IMG/VR virus record: IMGVR_UViG_3300023174_000184
Span: 1-59,965 of that record
Direction: 5' to 3' (one strand)
From: a virus
Lineage: Duplodnaviria; Caudoviricetes
DNA: 59,965 nt
The translations under genes were made by a program, and so were the position numbers. A model generated the notes under the pieces. The model was not told the DNA's origin, made no database searches, and worked only from the letters and a program-made list of their open reading frames with translations. Shown piece after piece: positions 26,094-37,700 of the stretch. Numbering within the stretch: position 1 is the stretch's first letter; each line of letters opens with the position of its first letter.

Positions 26094-26112
26094 TACCCCA
26101 CCTATTTCTTAG

Positions 26113-26655
26113 TTAAATACTTTCAGACCATACAGGAATGTATCGTCCATCTTCTGTCCTCGTATATGTAAGTATACCGTCCCCCATTCGCCTTGTCAAC
26201 TCTTGGCTTGTAGGTGTCATATTATTAGTTACTAGTCCATCTTTTCTTGGTTGTCCAATATGTATACTTGCAAGTATAGCACGTATATCTTTTACATGAT
26301 CTTCTGAATAATATGCCCTAATTTGAAATCCTGTTTTACCATTAATACTAGAACCAATTGGTGGAGGAATCACTCCTCGTTTAATTAAACTTGGAATATA
26401 TTTTCTGTGACGATTAATTAATTTAGCAGTCTCTGCTATGGTATATGCTCTTTGTTTATTACGTTTAAAATCAGAACGTAAACATGTTTCAAGCCTATCT
26501 TTATTAATGTTATAAACTGTTACCATGCCAGTGGATCTTGAACTATGATGAAGTCTAACAAGATCACCATTAAGAAACCATACCTTTTTATTTCCAGGAA
26601 TTATAGGTTCGTTATTGTATGCTTCGCTCTGGATTTTTCCTTTAGCAGTAACCAT
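26113..26655 (-). CDS. MerR-like HTH DNA-binding protein
   Basis: YTIAETAKLINRHRKYIPSLIKRGVIPPP...RAYYSEDHV. Confidence 0.7.
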   Translation of the reverse strand: MVTAKGKIQSEAYNNEPIIPGNKKVWFLNGDLVRLHHSSRSTGMVTVYNINKDRLETCLRSDFKRNKQRAYTIAETAKLINRHRKYIPSLIKRGVIPPPIGSSINGKTGFQIRAYYSEDHVKDIRAILASIHIGQPRKDGLVTNNMTPTSQELTRRMGDGILTYTRTEDGRYIPVWSESI

Positions 26656-26792
26656 TTGCCCTCCACAGAATCACTGGGTGGATGATAAAATTTTCTATTC
26701 CCACATGTAATACAATACGTTTCAATGTGATCGCTATTAGAATGAATTCTATCAACAAATACTTTTCCCTTGCATCTTAAACAATTTATCAT
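26601..26792 (-). CDS. Small Zn-ribbon protein
   Basis: CLRCKGKVF...YCITCGNR. Confidence 0.65.
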   Translation of the reverse strand: MINCLRCKGKVFVDRIHSNSDHIETYCITCGNRKFYHPPSDSVEGKWLLLKEKSRAKHTITNL

Positions 26793-27232
26793 TAATTAGG
26801 AATTCCAATTGCAATAATGTTTACTCCAACTGAAGTTGTTCCAGAAGTATTAAACTTTACTACAAAATCTACTCTTTCTGTTGTTACAGATTTTAAAATA
26901 ACTGTTGTATCAGATCCTGCAGATGTTCCACTAATGTTTACCACGGTTGCAGTTACTATTGGTGGATATTTAAAATTAGAAAAAGAAACTGAATCTTGTT
27001 TTTCTTGACCTGCAGTTACAGTTGCATTATTATAAATTTCTGTATATTTTGCAAAAAACTTTGTATCTGAAGTTTTTACAGTTTGTTTTCCAGCATTTGC
27101 TGTATCAATAGTTGTATAATTATATGTTGCAGATGAAACTTGTGTAGATAAATCATTGACCGCTTCTGCCAATTGGTATAGATATGTAACGTCTAGAGGT
27201 TGCCCTCTTTCTGGTAGTGGTACTTTAGCCAT
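26792..27232 (-). CDS. Probable minor virion protein
   Basis: Beta-rich C-terminus FKYPPIVTAT...VNIIAIG seen in tail-fibre-like domains; own TGATATACT promoter and AGGAGG RBS. Confidence 0.55.
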   Translation of the reverse strand: MAKVPLPERGQPLDVTYLYQLAEAVNDLSTQVSSATYNYTTIDTANAGKQTVKTSDTKFFAKYTEIYNNATVTAGQEKQDSVSFSNFKYPPIVTATVVNISGTSAGSDTTVILKSVTTERVDFVVKFNTSGTTSVGVNIIAIGIPN

Positions 27233-27257
27233 TATTTCCTCCTATTAAAGTATATCA

Positions 27258-27758
27258 TTAAACAGTGTGAGGTCCATCTTGATAGACCAACAAAAATGAA
27301 GAACTTCTTAAAACTGGTGATCCTACTAAGTATACTTCAATACTATATTTATTTGGTGTACTTCCTTGAACAATTCCATTAATTGTATATGTGCTTGGAG
27401 TTATTAAAGTAATTGAGTTGCCTTGAATTCTTTGTTTATAAAACCAGTCACCTGAATCATTTTTATCAAATTTAACCCAAACATCATATTCTGATGCAAC
27501 ATCAATAGTTAAATCATTTTTATTAATTTTAACAGGGTCCCACACGCTTGTAAGAATATTTCCAGATTTATTAAATTCAATACTACCAGAAACTTTTGTA
27601 TATTCTGGCTTAATTACTTCTACAGATGACCAATGCGATACTCTGTTTTTGTCTTCAGATATAAGTCTATATCTTAATACATAGCCTTCTTGATCAATGT
27701 TAATTGAGGGAAGGTTTGATTTTTTAATTCTTGTTTTTTTAATTCCAGAATCTGCCAT
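27258..27758 (-). CDS. Probable minor tail protein
   Basis: YVLRYRLISEDKNRVSHWS; position in tail operon. Confidence 0.55.
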   Translation of the reverse strand: MADSGIKKTRIKKSNLPSINIDQEGYVLRYRLISEDKNRVSHWSSVEVIKPEYTKVSGSIEFNKSGNILTSVWDPVKINKNDLTIDVASEYDVWVKFDKNDSGDWFYKQRIQGNSITLITPSTYTINGIVQGSTPNKYSIEVYLVGSPVLRSSSFLLVYQDGPHTV

Positions 27759-28876
27759 TATGAAACACCTATTGAAAACCTAAATTCAATATAATTGCTT
27801 GTATTAGGAGATTTAATAATTGTTTCTGCAGTTAAATTTTTAATTACTGAATATCCAGTTAATCCATAAAGTGGATTTGTTGTGGCAATGTTTTCTAATC
27901 GCAATGCATCAAGTGCAACATAGTAACTATCTGTTGGAACTCCACCATCAATAACTGAGGCATAAATTTTTACAACTGTTACTGCATCCCATGTAAAATT
28001 AGCACTAGAGTATAACTCCTGTAATTGTTTTTTAACTACAAAATATCTATTTGTTGCAAAATCATTACCTTCACCATTTTGAATATCAACTTCAAACCTT
28101 GCGTACTCACCAGATCCAGTATCAGTTGATGAAAAATCAATTAAAATTCTTACATTATCTGGAACCGCTAAAGATTCTCCATTTTTGTTAACTAGTGAAA
28201 ATGCAAGTCTTAACTCATCAATTGGAGAATTTTTGCTAAAGTTTACATCTGACCCAGTTAAATGAATATGATTTGAACCAGACTGAATCTGTATGTGATT
28301 ATCAACAATTTGTAGGTCAGCATCATCTCCTGCAATTAAAATTGTATTATTTAAAAATCTAGATCTTTCATATCGATTTACACGAGATGCTTTGTAAAAT
28401 ATTGAATTATCTGCATTTGTTTGAAAGACTGGACTTGCAACAACAATAATATTATCATCAAGAGGATCATCAAGAGGACTGGAAATTGTTGGTATTGCAG
28501 TTGCACTTGTAGATGTGTGATATTGCCAATTTTCTCCAGTAGTAAATGCAAAAATGTTTTTACTATCATAAGATCCAGCATATGGATTTGAGCCTGCTGA
28601 ATATAGTCCTATCTCTGTTATTTCATATCTTTCTTCTGTTGGTAGTTCTGCTGTTAAAACTATCTTGTCTATACCGTTTTCTTTTACAAATCCCCTTGAA
28701 GAAATTGGAATTCTAAACATTTCAAAATTTAAATTTTCTTGATTAGAATAATCTCCGTATGAATCAGCAGTTAATAGTGGTTTTTTGCCACAACCAACAG
28801 CCAAGTAAGATGCATATGCTGGAGCCTGTCCTAGCATATATTTGCCAATAATTGTTTTTCCAGTATTAGTTATCAT
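27758..28876 (-). CDS. Minor tail/baseplate-like protein
   Basis: MITNTGK...YLAVGCG...EITEIGLYS N-terminal tail-protein motif. Confidence 0.65.
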   Translation of the reverse strand: MITNTGKTIIGKYMLGQAPAYASYLAVGCGKKPLLTADSYGDYSNQENLNFEMFRIPISSRGFVKENGIDKIVLTAELPTEERYEITEIGLYSAGSNPYAGSYDSKNIFAFTTGENWQYHTSTSATAIPTISSPLDDPLDDNIIVVASPVFQTNADNSIFYKASRVNRYERSRFLNNTILIAGDDADLQIVDNHIQIQSGSNHIHLTGSDVNFSKNSPIDELRLAFSLVNKNGESLAVPDNVRILIDFSSTDTGSGEYARFEVDIQNGEGNDFATNRYFVVKKQLQELYSSANFTWDAVTVVKIYASVIDGGVPTDSYYVALDALRLENIATTNPLYGLTGYSVIKNLTAETIIKSPNTSNYIEFRFSIGVS

Positions 28877-29763
28877 TATATATCCGCCTCATATATTGTA
28901 CCACTTATGCCTATTTGAATATCAAGTTGTTCATCATTGGCATTGTTTATAGTTTCTATAATTAAATCACCAGTTTCTGGCTCAATATAAATATTTTTGC
29001 CATTTGGACCATTTCCAATATTGGGTATCTTTTCATCAAGTTTTATAGAAAAATTTGCAAAATACGTATCTGATGTAGATTGAAGATTAATTATATTATT
29101 AGGGTTATACTGTTGTTGAATAGATGTTAAGTTTTTTATTGGTGAATAAGAAACCTGTTGACCATTAATAATATCATTACGGGCAATATTAATTAATTCT
29201 TGTCCTCCAATGTTTTCAAAAATAAGATCTGTCATTATTTCAATTGGAACAGATAAGTTGTCAAATAATATTGTATCTATTGGTGCAGTTTTTGCTGGTG
29301 GTGGGGGTGGAGTTGATACTACAGGTGTTGTAGAAATTAAAGATGGTGTAAGTGGTGTCGGTGAAACATCTAAAGGTTGTTGCTCTGTTGAAGAATTTGT
29401 TTTATTTGCAGCACCAATGCAATTAAGAAGTCTTCTTCCAATTTCCTTGCCATCTTGATACTCAATTTCAAATTGTCCGTATCCATTTGGACAACCAGCA
29501 CTTGAGTCTGTTGTAGTTATCCAATAATGACCAATACCTTTTCCAGTATCTGCATATGTTTTATTTTGTGGAGGATTTTCAAGTTTATCTTTTATTATTG
29601 CAATATTTTCTGATGCCTTTGCAATTCTTGCTTTTGCATCAATAATAGTTTGATATCTTGCTGCTGATGCTTCCCATGTTGCAGCACGAGATTCATTACC
29701 TGCTGCTCTTGCATCTGCTGCTCTTTGCAGTGCTGCTGCCATATTTTCTTCTGGACTTGCCAT
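28876..29763 (-). CDS. Hypothetical tail-operon protein
   Basis: Translationally coupled; Ala-rich helix, Pro/Thr linker, globular C-terminal part (LIFENIGGQELINIARND). Confidence 0.55.
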   Translation of the reverse strand: MASPEENMAAALQRAADARAAGNESRAATWEASAARYQTIIDAKARIAKASENIAIIKDKLENPPQNKTYADTGKGIGHYWITTTDSSAGCPNGYGQFEIEYQDGKEIGRRLLNCIGAANKTNSSTEQQPLDVSPTPLTPSLISTTPVVSTPPPPPAKTAPIDTILFDNLSVPIEIMTDLIFENIGGQELINIARNDIINGQQVSYSPIKNLTSIQQQYNPNNIINLQSTSDTYFANFSIKLDEKIPNIGNGPNGKNIYIEPETGDLIIETINNANDEQLDIQIGISGTIYEADI

Positions 29764-29764
29764 T

Positions 29765-32700
29765 TTATACCTCGCTCAAATATACTGTCATAGATGGACC
29801 ATTTAAAGATCTTGAATATTCAATGTTATAAATAACAAATCTTGAAGAGTTTGGAGCAACCATGTCTAAATTATTACTATCTTTATAGTTAATTGTTACA
29901 ATATCTCCAAGTTGCAAAGTTGGAATGCTAAAAATATTAACACCAATAGATTTTTTAGGATGCATAATTTTATTAATAATCCAATTCATTAAAGATTGTG
30001 CATCATCTTCTGTTTGAATATATGGACTGTCAATTGAAAATTCATTTTTTCCATAAATTAGTCTGCTGAGTTTAATTTCATCATATTTAGATTTTTCAAC
30101 TAATGGAGAGTATGTTAATGAACTTCCTGTAAATTCTGGATCAGAAAGATTTCCTCTTTTTTGAAAATATTCATCAACGCTATATTGATGAGTTGTATCC
30201 TGTGTAAATGTAATGCCTTGAATTCTTAAATAATTCCCTGTTGTTTCATCAAGACTTAACGCTTTATCTGTTGCATTAAATATTAAAAACTCTGCTCCAT
30301 AAGAATCAGCCTGAAATCCAGATGTTGTATATCCTTTAATTCTATTAAACGTTGGAGATAGTTGTGCATATAATGCTGGATATGCACGATCATATTTAAT
30401 GTCAAAATATGCACACTCACGCATAATAGATCCAAATTCTTCAAAATACATATTATATTTAGGAGGTTGCTGTGCACTAATTCCAGATAAGTATGTTGAT
30501 TGAACTACACCGCTCATAGCATATTTTCTAAATGATTCACTTGCATCAACACTACTATCTCCAAATGCTTTAGCCAATGTTTCTCCAACAGTAAATACTG
30601 TGTTTTGTGAATAATTTTCTGCTAATGCATAAATATTTTCAAACATAACTTTGGATGATCCACGAACAAATGGAGCCATATTATTATAAACTGGAAGAGG
30701 ATCAGAATCATCTATAACTTTAATAAGTTTATTATTAATATATAAATAAAATCTTCTTATTTTTCCAATGTCTTGATACTCAACAGATAAATCATAAACT
30801 GTTGGATTATCTTCTCCAGACATTCTATATTGACCAGTAAATCTTCCATCATCTACTAAGATGTTTGATAATCCTCCCCAAAGTTTTACTGGAATTGCTT
30901 TATCAGAAGATGAATCTTTTTTAATTTTATAAAATAAAATATTATTAACTGAAATTGTTGAATTGCCTTGTTTATCTAATTTAAGATATGAATTAATATT
31001 GTCTTCTGTAAGTGCAACTATTTCAAAGTAGTATCCATTATTTGTTTCTGGATTAAGCAAAACTGCAAGACCCCCAGATCCACCACCAATATTAACATTT
31101 TGATTTGTTTGACTTCCATTAATTTGATAATATGGAATACTGCCAGTAGGTGTTTGAGTTCTACTTGTATTGTTTTCAATCTTACCAACAATTCTCATTC
31201 TTGTTCCAAAATGTTTATATGAATTATCTAAAGATTTATTTACATATGTTACAAAGTTTAATGGTACATCAGTTGTTTTAAATGATGGACCATTCATAAC
31301 TAAAGCAGATGATTGTATTGTTCCAGTTTGTGTTGTTTTTAAACTATTAACATCTGTTTCTGTTAAATAATCTGTTGCCATAAAGTTTTTAATAATGCCA
31401 TTTCGTGTGGTTTGTCTTGCTAGAGAATTATTTATTCCCGCTGGACCCATGGTAGTTGATGGTAAAACAATATCTGCATCAAGTTTTGTAGTAAATAAAT
31501 ATTGTGTTTCCATATTACATCCACGAACATTGTCATTATTAAACCAGTATGAGTTTATTCCAGATCCATGCTGTGTAATACTTGTTCCAAATTGTGCACG
31601 TCCGTGTGACTCTACAACACCATTTTGCAAACGTGCAACCCCATTAACTGTTTCATAGTATGGAGTTGAGTATATTCTTAATAGTCCAGTTGGATATATT
31701 TTTCCATTAAATGGAAGGGATGCAAAATATTTTTGATATTCTTGATTGTCAGAAATCCAAACATTTCCAACGCCAGTTATATTAAACTGTGCTGCATCGT
31801 ATTTAATAATTTCTCCATTTGAGTAGAGATAACCTTTGTATCTTGTAAGCCAATAAATATTTTCTCCAAGATCAATTATATTGTTAGTAACAGCATGATT
31901 TACTACTGTTGGTGCTTGATCTACTAGGTTTGAATTAAGTGGCATTGCTCCTAATACATAACTGCCCTGCTTTGATGCAAGTTCATTAATTGTTTTTGTT
32001 GTTTCTGTTCCTGATACTTCCCATAACAATGCTGGCTTATAAATCCATGTTTTATCTTGATCAACCATTGTTGACTGCCTTATGCTTCCATAAGATCTTT
32101 GAATATATCTTGTTGTATAGTTAATTTTTCCATCATTATAAATTTTTTTATCTTCTGAAGCAATAGAAATAATGTTTGGTAAATTTCCAGAACTTGCATT
32201 TTCAACAACTCCAGAATCTATTTGATTATTAGATCCAGATAATATAAAATCTGTTGCTCTTTGATTTTCTGTTGGCATCATATAATCTTTACTCATAACA
32301 ACAAAGTTGTTATATTCATCAAAAAACATCGCTGTCTGTGTTGACACTGCTAATTGGTTTAATACTTGTGCTACATTTTGATCTGGAGCAATAAAGAAAA
32401 ATGGAATATTTGGTTCTGACTCTCCAGCAATTCTTTTAAAAGTATAATTGCTAAATCCAATATAATCTAATAAAGTTGTTATTGCATAACTTAAAGATGT
32501 GTTTGTTGTTAAAAGTCTTGGGGCTGGCATAGACTCAAGAAAGAAATACATATCTCTTAGGCTAAGTGATACTGTTGCGCCAGTTCCTAATGGAAATCCT
32601 TCAGAGTATAAAGTTTTTATTGGAATAGAATAATTATCTCCATCAACATTTAATATTGATTCATAAAAATTAAACTTAATATTTTTTCTTAAATAACTAC

Positions 32701-34075
32701 TTACTATGCTATTTGTATTATTATGATTGAATGCAGAATCATCATCAAAAATATTTATTTGTCCAGTAGAAGCAAGTAATTGTCCAACAGGTAAAGATGT
32801 CACACCTATATCAGATAAAGCCTTTGTAATTTTAAAATCAATAACTTTTTCAGATATATCCACTACAAGTCTTGGAGACATTTCAATAAGATCAAAAGAT
32901 GAGTCAAACTTATTCATGGTTTCAACAACAATTCTTATTCCACGAATATACTCAAATTCTCTATATGATATATTGTTATCATTTTGACTAATAAAAGAAA
33001 CTGGACTTGTTAGGTCAGTAACAAAATTACTTTGACTATTTATAACTTCTGACCCAAGTTTCCATCCATAGGTTGGAATAAAACTATCATACTGAGATGT
33101 AGATCCATTCCAAATATAAAAAGTTCCAATCTCATTATCATTTTCAATTATTAAGTATGCATAACCATTTAAAGAAACTTCTGGCAATAACGTTGTTGAG
33201 TTTAGTGTTTCTGAAAATACAAAACCAGCCTTGTACTCATCTGGAATAATTAAACCATATTCTAACTCAACATATCCATCACTTTTAACTATAGGAGTTC
33301 CATCATCACGAAGTGAATTTTCATTAAATGAATATGCATCAATCCAATTATTATTTTTTAAATATTGAACTTTCCATCTAACTGGAGTTGTTTTATTTAA
33401 ATCTCCATAAAAAGGATCTGCAATAGATGATGTTGCAGTTGCAAATGGTCCAAGATCTACTGAGCCAACATTTGTTTGCATTTTAATAATAATTCTATTT
33501 GTTGGTATTTTTTCTTTATATACAACAAATGGAACTGCATCGTCTATATAGTAAAGTGAATTAGATATATTGTTAGAAATTCCATGTTCAATATTATCTT
33601 CAGTTCTGTATGAAGTCCAATATTTAAACTGATCATATCTTGATGGCATATAGTATCTTGGTCTTTCTGCCATTGATGCACCAGAGTTTGGAAAATATCT
33701 ATTGTTAAAATAAAGTGGTTTGTTGATTCCAGATCTTGGTCTAAATGGTTTTAAACAATCTTCTAGTGAGTAGATCATTTTCATTTTGTCTTTTATTAAT
33801 GTAAAAGATTGTGGTACATCATTGTTATCGTACCCTCCATCAATAACAACATCTGAATTTGTTGCTCCAGTGTAATAATTTCCGCTATCTTGTGGATCAA
33901 AAACTATTGGAAGGTTTCTATACTGTACATTAGATCCAAGTGGTCGATATCTATAATTTCCAATTTTAAAAATATTATCTGGCATATTCATATTCCATTC
34001 AGCCAAAACTAATGACTGTAGTTGAATAGTTGAAGATGTTTCTAAATGTGTCTTTAATGTTTCATTAACAAACAC
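29765..34075 (-). CDS. Large minor tail (tail tip/hub-like) protein
   Basis: 1436 aa, second gene after the tape measure; C-terminal PTLQLGDIVTI motif typical of tail hub proteins. Confidence 0.7.
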   Translation of the reverse strand: MFVNETLKTHLETSSTIQLQSLVLAEWNMNMPDNIFKIGNYRYRPLGSNVQYRNLPIVFDPQDSGNYYTGATNSDVVIDGGYDNNDVPQSFTLIKDKMKMIYSLEDCLKPFRPRSGINKPLYFNNRYFPNSGASMAERPRYYMPSRYDQFKYWTSYRTEDNIEHGISNNISNSLYYIDDAVPFVVYKEKIPTNRIIIKMQTNVGSVDLGPFATATSSIADPFYGDLNKTTPVRWKVQYLKNNNWIDAYSFNENSLRDDGTPIVKSDGYVELEYGLIIPDEYKAGFVFSETLNSTTLLPEVSLNGYAYLIIENDNEIGTFYIWNGSTSQYDSFIPTYGWKLGSEVINSQSNFVTDLTSPVSFISQNDNNISYREFEYIRGIRIVVETMNKFDSSFDLIEMSPRLVVDISEKVIDFKITKALSDIGVTSLPVGQLLASTGQINIFDDDSAFNHNNTNSIVSSYLRKNIKFNFYESILNVDGDNYSIPIKTLYSEGFPLGTGATVSLSLRDMYFFLESMPAPRLLTTNTSLSYAITTLLDYIGFSNYTFKRIAGESEPNIPFFFIAPDQNVAQVLNQLAVSTQTAMFFDEYNNFVVMSKDYMMPTENQRATDFILSGSNNQIDSGVVENASSGNLPNIISIASEDKKIYNDGKINYTTRYIQRSYGSIRQSTMVDQDKTWIYKPALLWEVSGTETTKTINELASKQGSYVLGAMPLNSNLVDQAPTVVNHAVTNNIIDLGENIYWLTRYKGYLYSNGEIIKYDAAQFNITGVGNVWISDNQEYQKYFASLPFNGKIYPTGLLRIYSTPYYETVNGVARLQNGVVESHGRAQFGTSITQHGSGINSYWFNNDNVRGCNMETQYLFTTKLDADIVLPSTTMGPAGINNSLARQTTRNGIIKNFMATDYLTETDVNSLKTTQTGTIQSSALVMNGPSFKTTDVPLNFVTYVNKSLDNSYKHFGTRMRIVGKIENNTSRTQTPTGSIPYYQINGSQTNQNVNIGGGSGGLAVLLNPETNNGYYFEIVALTEDNINSYLKLDKQGNSTISVNNILFYKIKKDSSSDKAIPVKLWGGLSNILVDDGRFTGQYRMSGEDNPTVYDLSVEYQDIGKIRRFYLYINNKLIKVIDDSDPLPVYNNMAPFVRGSSKVMFENIYALAENYSQNTVFTVGETLAKAFGDSSVDASESFRKYAMSGVVQSTYLSGISAQQPPKYNMYFEEFGSIMRECAYFDIKYDRAYPALYAQLSPTFNRIKGYTTSGFQADSYGAEFLIFNATDKALSLDETTGNYLRIQGITFTQDTTHQYSVDEYFQKRGNLSDPEFTGSSLTYSPLVEKSKYDEIKLSRLIYGKNEFSIDSPYIQTEDDAQSLMNWIINKIMHPKKSIGVNIFSIPTLQLGDIVTINYKDSNNLDMVAPNSSRFVIYNIEYSRSLNGPSMTVYLSEV

Positions 34076-34076
34076 T

Positions 34077-34712
34077 TTAAACCTCTTCCAGCGTTACCGA
34101 AATATTCCAAAGGTCAAAATTACTTCCACCACGTTTAACTACTCCATAGTTAAAGTCTGCAATGTAAACTTCCATAATTTGGTTGTATTGTTGAAGATGT
34201 CCAAATGCTGCTGGATCAGTTCCAAAATTATTATACTTATCATATGATAAAAACATCCAAAAAGATCCTTTATGCTTTTCATACCAATCCAATAACTGAA
34301 CTCCACCTGCACCACCGTCAGTTGTAAACTCTCCAGTTTGATTTTTATTTGGTGAGACTCCAGATTCATCAAAATTTGAAACGGTATAATATGATCTAGA
34401 TGGAAGCATATTCCAAGATACAGACATAGATAACTTATCTGCAATATGATATGACCTCATACGACCATTAATTGTTCTTTGGCGCTGCTCAATTCTTTGT
34501 GGATTAAATTGCATATCGCTACGATTATGGTCTGATAAAATCATAAATTGATTAAATAAAGATTCATCTGTTTCTGCTCCAGTATTTGCCCCTACCTCAT
34601 ACCCAGTAGGCACGTATAAGCCATCTACAAGCGTTCCAGGGTTTTCTGACCATAATACGCCTTGAGGTCTCTGATATCTTTTTCTACCCGTTAAATAGGC
34701 TGCTGTAGCCAT
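34077..34712 (-). CDS. Minor (distal) tail protein
   Basis: Directly follows tape measure; RTINGRMRSYHIADK...WNISVTLEEV. Confidence 0.65.
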   Translation of the reverse strand: MATAAYLTGRKRYQRPQGVLWSENPGTLVDGLYVPTGYEVGANTGAETDESLFNQFMILSDHNRSDMQFNPQRIEQRQRTINGRMRSYHIADKLSMSVSWNMLPSRSYYTVSNFDESGVSPNKNQTGEFTTDGGAGGVQLLDWYEKHKGSFWMFLSYDKYNNFGTDPAAFGHLQQYNQIMEVYIADFNYGVVKRGGSNFDLWNISVTLEEV

Positions 34713-37700
34713 TATGCCCTCTGTCCTTTAATTCTTTGGGAATCAATATATTGGATCTGAGTCATTACTGCCTTTGCAATATCATCAGGGTTTGAATTAG
34801 ATCCGCCAACTGTTATTCCTACATTATAATTATACACTGAAGAACTGTTATTGTTTACAGAACTTGAACTTGACATATTTGTTGGTGAAACAATGGTTGA
34901 TTGTACAGTTTGATATGTAGGAGAACTTAGGTTTGATGGACTCATCATAGATGGATACTGAGATGCATTCATCTGTGCAAGCATTGGACCAAATGCTTTT
35001 GCTCCAAATTTATTCATTACAAACTCACCAGGGGTTAACATTGTTGGAACGCTATCCCCTGCGCCTGTACCTCTAACAAATCCACCAGTTGACATTCCAG
35101 ATGCTTTTAAAATTCCTGCTAACGTAGTTGTATTTACTGTGCCAGATGCCGTTGTAGTTAGTGCTGGTGTTGCACTTGCTTTTGCAATACCTGTAAGAGT
35201 AGTTGTATTTACTGTACCAGTTGGAGTTGTTGTAGGTTTAGTTGTTGTAGTTGTGGGTGCGGTTACTGTTGTAACTGTATTAATTGTATTTGTAGTTAAA
35301 GTTATAGTTTTACTGCTTAAACTATTCCAAGCAGCAACTAGTTTAGAAACTAACCCTTCGCTATATTCCATGCTTTTGCCAAAGGCATCACTGCTAACTT
35401 TAGCCATATCAATTGCACTTTGTGCTTGAAGCCATCTATCTCTTTGTGCATCAATTGCATCAAGTTCTTTTGTTAATTCTTCTTGAAGTTTGTCAAGTGC
35501 TTTTTGTTTTGTATCAAGATTGCTTTGTGCTGTTTTTAATGCACCTTGTTCAATACCATAAATTTGATCTTGAAGATCACGAATTTCTCTTTCAGCAATA
35601 ACTTTTTGTGCATCAAGTGGTGCAATTTTTGTTTCTTGAATTGCAGCAATTTGGTCTTCAATAACTTTTCTTTGTTGTTCAAGAGCATAAGTTTGTTCAC
35701 CAATTTGATATTGACGTTCTTCAATTTGTGCTCTTGTTTGTCCCGCTGCATTTCTAAGATTTGCAATTTCTAAATCTCTTGCTGCTTGTAATGTTCCTTG
35801 TGATTTATTAAGTTGATTTGCAGCCTCTATTGCTCTCATATCTTGGGCTGCTGCTGCTGCAGCGGAAATATCTCCAGAAGTTAATGCATCTGCTAATGTT
35901 AATTGTTGTTTTTGCTGGGCTGCAATTTCTGAATTAATACTTGCAATTTCTGTAAGAGCCTTTGCCTGTGTATCATATCTATCATTAATTGCACCTGCTG
36001 CATGATCCATCAAACTTAAATCATGAGAAAGTTTATTGGATTCATCTGATAGTACTGCAATTGGCTTATCAAATTGAGCCTTAATTTGTTCTTGAAGTGA
36101 ATCAATTTGTGCTTGATACTCTTCAATTTTTCTAGTAATATTAATTTCAATATTACGTTGTTTTGTATCAATAGTTCCTTGAATTCCATTAATGCTTGCC
36201 TGTGCTTCTTCAACAGCCTTTTTAGCCTTATCAACTTCTACTTGAGCATCCTTCATTGGTTGCTTAAACTTAAGTTGAATTGCTGCCTCTAATGTATTAA
36301 AGTATTCTTGAGCATTACCCATAGCCTTATCAAATAATCCTTGCATTCCTTCAGGGGTTTTCATTGCAATATCAATTTCAATTTGCTTGCGTGTTGGAAT
36401 TGAATTAATGTAATCAACTAGATCTTGTGAAACTATTTTTCCATCTTTTAGATTGTTTAACATTTCTCTTGCAAAATCAGGATTACTTAAAACCGCTTGC
36501 ACCTGATCTGCATTAAATCCAAGTGCCTTCATATCATCAACAAGACCAGGAAGTTTCTTTAACATTTCAAGTTCTTGTACAGATGTTTGCATTGTTTGCT
36601 TAAATGCTAAATTAAGATTATCTACAGCATCCTTTGCAGTCTTTGCTGCATTTGCCATATCCTTTAATTTATTTGCTGGCTCAACACTTGAATTAATTGC
36701 AATTGCAAGTTCTGCATCTGCCACCATATTAAGTGCTGTTGCACTATCTACTCCTGCAGCCTTTAGTTTAATGAATGCTGCTTGTTGTGCTTTTACCTGT
36801 GTTATTGTATCTATTTGTGCTGTATTAAAATCACCAAGGGTTTGCTCATTAAATGCTTCTGCTAAATTTTTACCTGCTTCAGTTAAAATAACTTGACCAT
36901 TTTTAACTGTCATATAGGTCTTACGAGTTGCTTCATCCATTGATTCCATGAATGAAATAAATCCTCTGTTATTACCAGTTAAATCTTTACCTGACATCAA
37001 CTGATTAATAACTCCACTAAATTTTTCAATTCCTTTACCAGCAGTTATTCTGTTTAATTCATTTATTCCGCCTTGAGCATTGATAGCAGCATCTCTAACC
37101 ATCTTTAAACGATTAAGAATATTGTCTAATGTTGTGTCTCTATTACCTGCATTACTTGTATCTACAGGACCCTTTGGTGGTGTGCTTGGTGTTTTTCCAG
37201 GGGCAAATTGTTCTCTAGTTAATAAAGCAGAAAGAGCATCCTTGTTGCCATATTGTTTAATAAATGCTGCTGCTCCCTTTCCTCTAAGTCCACGTTTTTC
37301 TGCTTCTGCTTTTGCCATAGATGCAGCATTTTCATCTGTAATTGTTTTATATACAGATATGTAAGTTTGAGTTACAGTCTTTTGAATATCTGCTGGAAGA
37401 TTCTTATATCTTTCCCAGTCATCAATAAGTCCCTGCAAACTTGGCATTTCTGGATCTTTTTGCAAATCTATTAAAATCTTTTTATCAATTGTTTTTAATT
37501 TTTCAACTTTATTAAGCAATGGTACAAGTTTATCTATTTTGGCTAATCCATCACCCTTTAAAAATAGTGCAAGATTTATTTCTTTACCATCCATTTGTTG
37601 CAGTAATGTAAGAGCATTTAATCTATCATCAAACTTGCCTTCTTGTCCCTTTGCACCAATTTCAGTTAATAATTTAAGACCAATTTCTTTACCACCCTTG

